The notes below the pieces were generated by a model. The model saw only the letters and a list, made by a program, of their open reading frames with translations, did not search any database and was not told where the DNA came from. From Massalongia carnosa (taxonomy: Eukaryota), in assembly GCA_965645245.1 (NCBI GenBank), contig OZ287069.1, positions 1,984,001-2,048,000 on the forward strand: a stretch of DNA of 64,000 nt. The letters run 5' to 3'. Below, piece after piece: positions 60,014-64,000 of the stretch. The stretch's first letter is position 1; the number at the start of each line of letters is the position of its first letter. The position numbers and the translations under genes are program-made.

Positions 60014-61422
60014 TCATTCCCAATCGGGTTCCTCATCCTCATCTTCCTTCCCGATCTCTTTCGGCCCCTCCTTGCCCTCCCGCTCATCCTTCGGGCTTCC
60101 GGGAGCACGACTTACGGCCCCACTAACCAGATCATAGCTGGCGTCGCTGTCGGGCTGAGAGTACTGGTCTTGTGAGCGGCGGGGCTGGGCGTCGCTGGGT
60201 TTGAGGGTGGAATTGTTAACTTTGGAAAGATCTGAGGGGGTCGGGGTGTTGGCGTTTTCGGTAGGGGGGTTGGGGGTATCGGTGGTGTTGGAGGTGGTAG
60301 ACGGATGGAGGGTGATGGTTGAGGAGTGGGTCTGTTGAGTTAGATGGGGGGTGGAGGGTTGGGAATCGCTCTCGGAGTCGTCGTCCCAGGAAATAGTTTC
60401 TGTGGGATTGAGAGCGGCGCCTGGAAATAGGAGGTTAGCGGAAGATTTTTATCCAGTTGTGATTTTGGGGTAGGGGGAAGAGGTGTACCTTTCAACATGT
60501 CTCGGCGTCGCTGCTCCTCTGTCTCGATTACCATGCGAAGGAAGTAGTAGCGTGTCCAGAACTGAGCGTAGTCCACTTGTTCCGGCACCAACTTCTCCAT
60601 CGCCCTTCGCAACTCTTCGTACTTCTCCAAATCGGTCGCTATTGCCTCGGTCTTCTTGTCCACATCGAACGTTTCGTTCCTCCATTTCTCATACTCTGAG
60701 CTCACTGGATCCTTGATAAAGCTGTCCGTTGAGGAATGGATGGCGTGCAGCTGCGCATCAAATCGAGTGGTGTGAATGACGCGCTTGCCGTCTGGATCTT
60801 TGCTTTCAAACAGCAACTTTTGAGAACCATCTTTGTTGGTTGCGTCTGCGCTAGGAGGGGCAACGGTGACGGCATCACGTAGGAAATTGCGGATGTTGGT
60901 GCCGAACTTGACGAGCGCTTCGTCGGCTGCGTCCTCCGCCTTTTCGATTTCTTTCAGTCGCTTCGAAGCCTCGGTACGGAAGCGCGAGATAAGCCCTTCG
61001 GATTCTCGAAGGGCTTCGCTTTCCGAACGTTGCTTTTGCGTGGGGTCGGCGTTCTCGCTAGTAGGCGATTGGCCGGGAGTTGTGGTTGTTTGAGGGGTGG
61101 CAGAGGGGGGTTGGCTTTGCCCGGTAGACATCGATCGCGCTCGACTGACCAGTGTAGACCTCAGATCTGTGAAGCCCTTGAGAGCTTCGCCACTGGCAGC
61201 GGTAGCTTCCTGCCGTGCGCCTTCATAGTAGGTCTCGCCTTGCTTCTTGACATCGCTGAAGAATCCTCCAAGTCTGGCGCCCCAGGGACTGGCAGAAAAG
61301 GACTTGTAGGCCTCTTGGAACTCGGTGTTAAGCGTGCCTTTATCTTGGTTTTCGCCTCTCTTCGTCACGACGGCCTCAGGGGAGAGGACTTCCTCTTGAA
61401 TGTGGTCATAGGCGACGTCCAT
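60014..61422 (-). CDS. BSD-domain protein (Dos2-like), one intron near 60421-60488
   Basis: [54 protein letters not shown] (BSD); last exon ends [16 protein letters not shown]...EPDWE*. Confidence 0.9.
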
Positions 61423-61740
61423 TTTAGGGTCGGGAAGGACGTGTATTCATATAGTGATGGTGCCTAGGGGAGGACTGAAGTGAAAATGCTTGTGTCGTAT
61501 GGAGTAATGGTATTAGCTGGTGGTCTGCTCCAGCGATGTAGGATCTGGATATGTAGGTGCGAGTATGGTGGTTGGTGACCCGTATATACGGAGCTAACGT
61601 ATGTAGCTGCAAACAGACCGAAAGAAGTGAGGGGATTCGTCAAAACGCTCGGCTGATACCGCTCCTCCGTCTAGACGTCACTTGGGGAATTTAAAACCCG
61701 TGCTGCTTATTTACTCTATCATCATGAGTAACCTCATAGT

Positions 61741-62969
61741 ATGATCAAAAGATCTTTCTCCACGTTCCGGTCTCTACAGCATGAAAATCCTCTGGTACCA
61801 AACAAAAACATCTCCCATCTATAGCTTACTAACCTCTTTCCCAGGGATTGCCACGCACCAGCGCTCCTCCAACCATTCCCCGACGCCACCGCGGCTTGCC
61901 GGAAAAACGAAGCATAGGCGATGTGAGAAAAGTGATCGCGGTCTCGTCCGCCAAGGGCGGAGTGGGAAAGTCGACCATCGCTGGTAATTAAACCAGCCCT
62001 CATTTTTCCAAATAAAAAACCCCTTTTCCCCCTAAAACTCACTCCACACCCAGTAAACCTTGCCCTCGCATTTGCGCGCCAAGGTCACCGCAGCGGAATC
62101 CTCGATGCCGACATCTTCGGCCCCTCAATCCCCACCCTTCTGAACCTCTCGGGCGAACCGCGCCTCTCTGCCAGTACAAGCCCCCCATCCCCCTCTCCAC
62201 CAGCACCACCACCAAGAAGCTCCTGCAACCTTTGCTGATACGGTCCTAACTATCGTGGAACATCATTGGCAGACAACAAACTCCTCCCTCTGTCCAACTA
62301 CGGCATAAAGTCAATGTCGATGGGCTACCTCGTGGGCGAATCCGCGCCCGTGGTGTGGCGAGGCCTCATGGTGATGAAGGCGCTGCAGCAACTGCTGCAC
62401 GAAGTCGAATGGGGGGGGTTAGATGTTCTGGTGCTAGATCTACCGCCGGGAACGGGGGACACACAGTTGACTATCACGCAACAGGTTCAGTTGGACGGTA
62501 TGAACGACTGTTCCCTGTTTTTTCCCAGCCACGCTTACCCAAGAACGTACAGGCGCAGTGATAGTCTCAACCCCGCAAGACATTGCGCTAAAGGACACTA
62601 TAAAAGGCATCAGCATGTTCCGCACCGTCAATGTCCCCGTGCGTTGCCCTTCCATCCTTCTTTTACCCGTACCTTCGCCACCTAACTTCAACCCCCCCCC
62701 CCCCAAAAAAGATCCTCGGCCTCCTCCAAAACATGTCCATTTTCAGCTGCCCTCACTGCAGCTGTAGCACGCACATCTTCGGCCGCGATGGCGCCGGCCG
62801 CGCCTGCGTCGACCTCGGAATTCCCTTCTTGGGCGATATCCCGCTACACGCGCAAATCTGCCAGGACGCCGATGCGGGGAAACCGACGGTGGTTTCAGAG
62901 CCGGGGAGCGACCGTGGGGAAGCGTTTTTGGCGTTGGCGAGGAAGGTGGGGGACGTGCTGGGGTTGTAG
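61741..62969 (+). CDS. IND1: Mitochondrial Mrp/NBP35-family Fe-S carrier P-loop NTPase Ind1 (NUBPL), multi-exon
   Basis: Presequence-like [78 protein letters not shown]. Confidence 0.92.
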
Positions 62970-63641
62970 ATGCTACATGGCTTAGATGGGGGAGGCATGG
63001 TTTGGGGGTGGTTCGGATAGAGTTGGAGGTTTCATCTTTGAGAAAGGGGAAAAACTGATTGTTGGTTTCCCCATATTGAGATATCTCCTCATCTATCAAT
63101 CAATCACTGATTTATCCCTCCCGCCCACGACCCGCGGGTCACTTGCGGAGGACAGGAAATCCGGAAAGCATGCTCTTCGGTGAAAAGTCCCCTCCTTCAC
63201 AAGCCATCAAAATCTCCGCCCTCGGAACCATGGGAAAAGTGATTCTACACTTCATCCTCTCCCCCATATTTCTTTCCTCATCTCCTTAGAAGCGGCACAT
63301 GCCTATATTTCCACTCTTCGCCCGAGCGTACATACCAGGACTATTTACCCGTTGCGCCCTTTCCCCGAAATTTGAAGCCTTTTCCATAATTCATGCCCCT
63401 TGAGTTTTCCAGCATTCCATGTCTTCGTATCGTATCGCATCACATTGCTTGAGCCATCAACCCAATTCAATCACCTTGCCAGCCGTTAGGCCGAGTCTAA
63501 CGGAGCCGATTCTTACCGAAGAGCGCCACATAAGCCGTAATGTCATAAAATCCTTGAAGCTTGCCGGTCAATGTTGTGTATACCATTCCAACACTGTTCC
63601 TTTTCTTGTAAACCGGTACGCTCAACCATTTCCCCGAAAAC

Positions 63642-64000
63642 TTAAGCGCTTACCACCCCAGCCAGAGTCCCATATTTGCGCACTAGCGCCGGCTCTTTCC
63701 CGTGCACGAAGCGTACCAACTGCGCTAGTTGTGCGCGCGTGGTATCTTTCAGTTGCTCCGCTGGCGGCGCCATGACTTGGTCTAAGACGGGGAGAAGCTG
63801 TGGCGTGAGCGAGAGGATTGTTGGTTCACCCTTAGAGTCTGATAAAAGGTTAGCCTGGAATTCTCGTGACAGGTGGCTTAAGACTGTGTTATAGGTAAAG
63901 ATACAGAAATCAAAAACATACATAGATTCACGATCATGTTGTAAACCGGTTCGTTCTCCTCGAAATCTTCCTTCAATGGCAATAGTTTGACTAGAGCGGG
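63642..64000 (-). CDS. KAP123: Importin-4/Kap123, 3' end (gene starts outside the window)
   Basis: PALVKLLPLKEDFEENEPVYNMIVNL, an intron (GTATGT...GCTAAC...CAG), then YSKGEPTILSLTPQLLPVLDQVMAPPAEQLKDTTR. Confidence 0.75.
   Translation of the reverse strand, partial: RSSQTIAIEGRFRGERTGLQHDRESMYVFDFCIFTYNTVLSHLSREFQANLLSDSKGEPTILSLTPQLLPVLDQVMAPPAEQLKDTTRAQLAQLVRFVHGKEPALVRKYGTLAGVVSA

Overview
This is eukaryotic DNA from a filamentous ascomycete (Pezizomycotina-type GT-AG introns with CTRAC branch points). It is mostly a dense block of conserved housekeeping genes: creD-like arrestin (partial), creC WD40, an MstA-like hexose transporter, GEM1/Miro, APC2, REI1, an AZUL-HECT E3 ligase, a KpsF/GutQ-like SIS protein, ATG13, an ankyrin-RCC1-BTB protein (spanning a 200-N gap), SUP35/eRF3, YRB30, a BSD/DOS2-like protein, IND1 and the 3' end of KAP123. 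A small accessory patch at 50.9-55.7 kb holds a hydrophobin-pattern secreted protein, a Tri101-like acyltransferase and an ACT-domain protein. The most unusual object is a young, full-length Ty1/copia LTR retrotransposon (5738-11800; 272-bp LTRs, TCAGG target-site duplication, half-tRNA-iMet primer site). Its 1.2-kb leader carries nine 50-bp repeats that encode a train of 14-codon uORFs, and an internal TATA-like box lies just before gag. Gag and pol are in the same frame, separated by one UGA followed by an 8-nt spacer and a 9-bp stem, which resembles a programmed readthrough signal. Other observations are an unannotated 48-aa Cys/His microprotein ORF and repeated C-rich to G-rich skew flips. 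Gene identities come from motif recognition, not database searches, and exon boundaries were read by eye.
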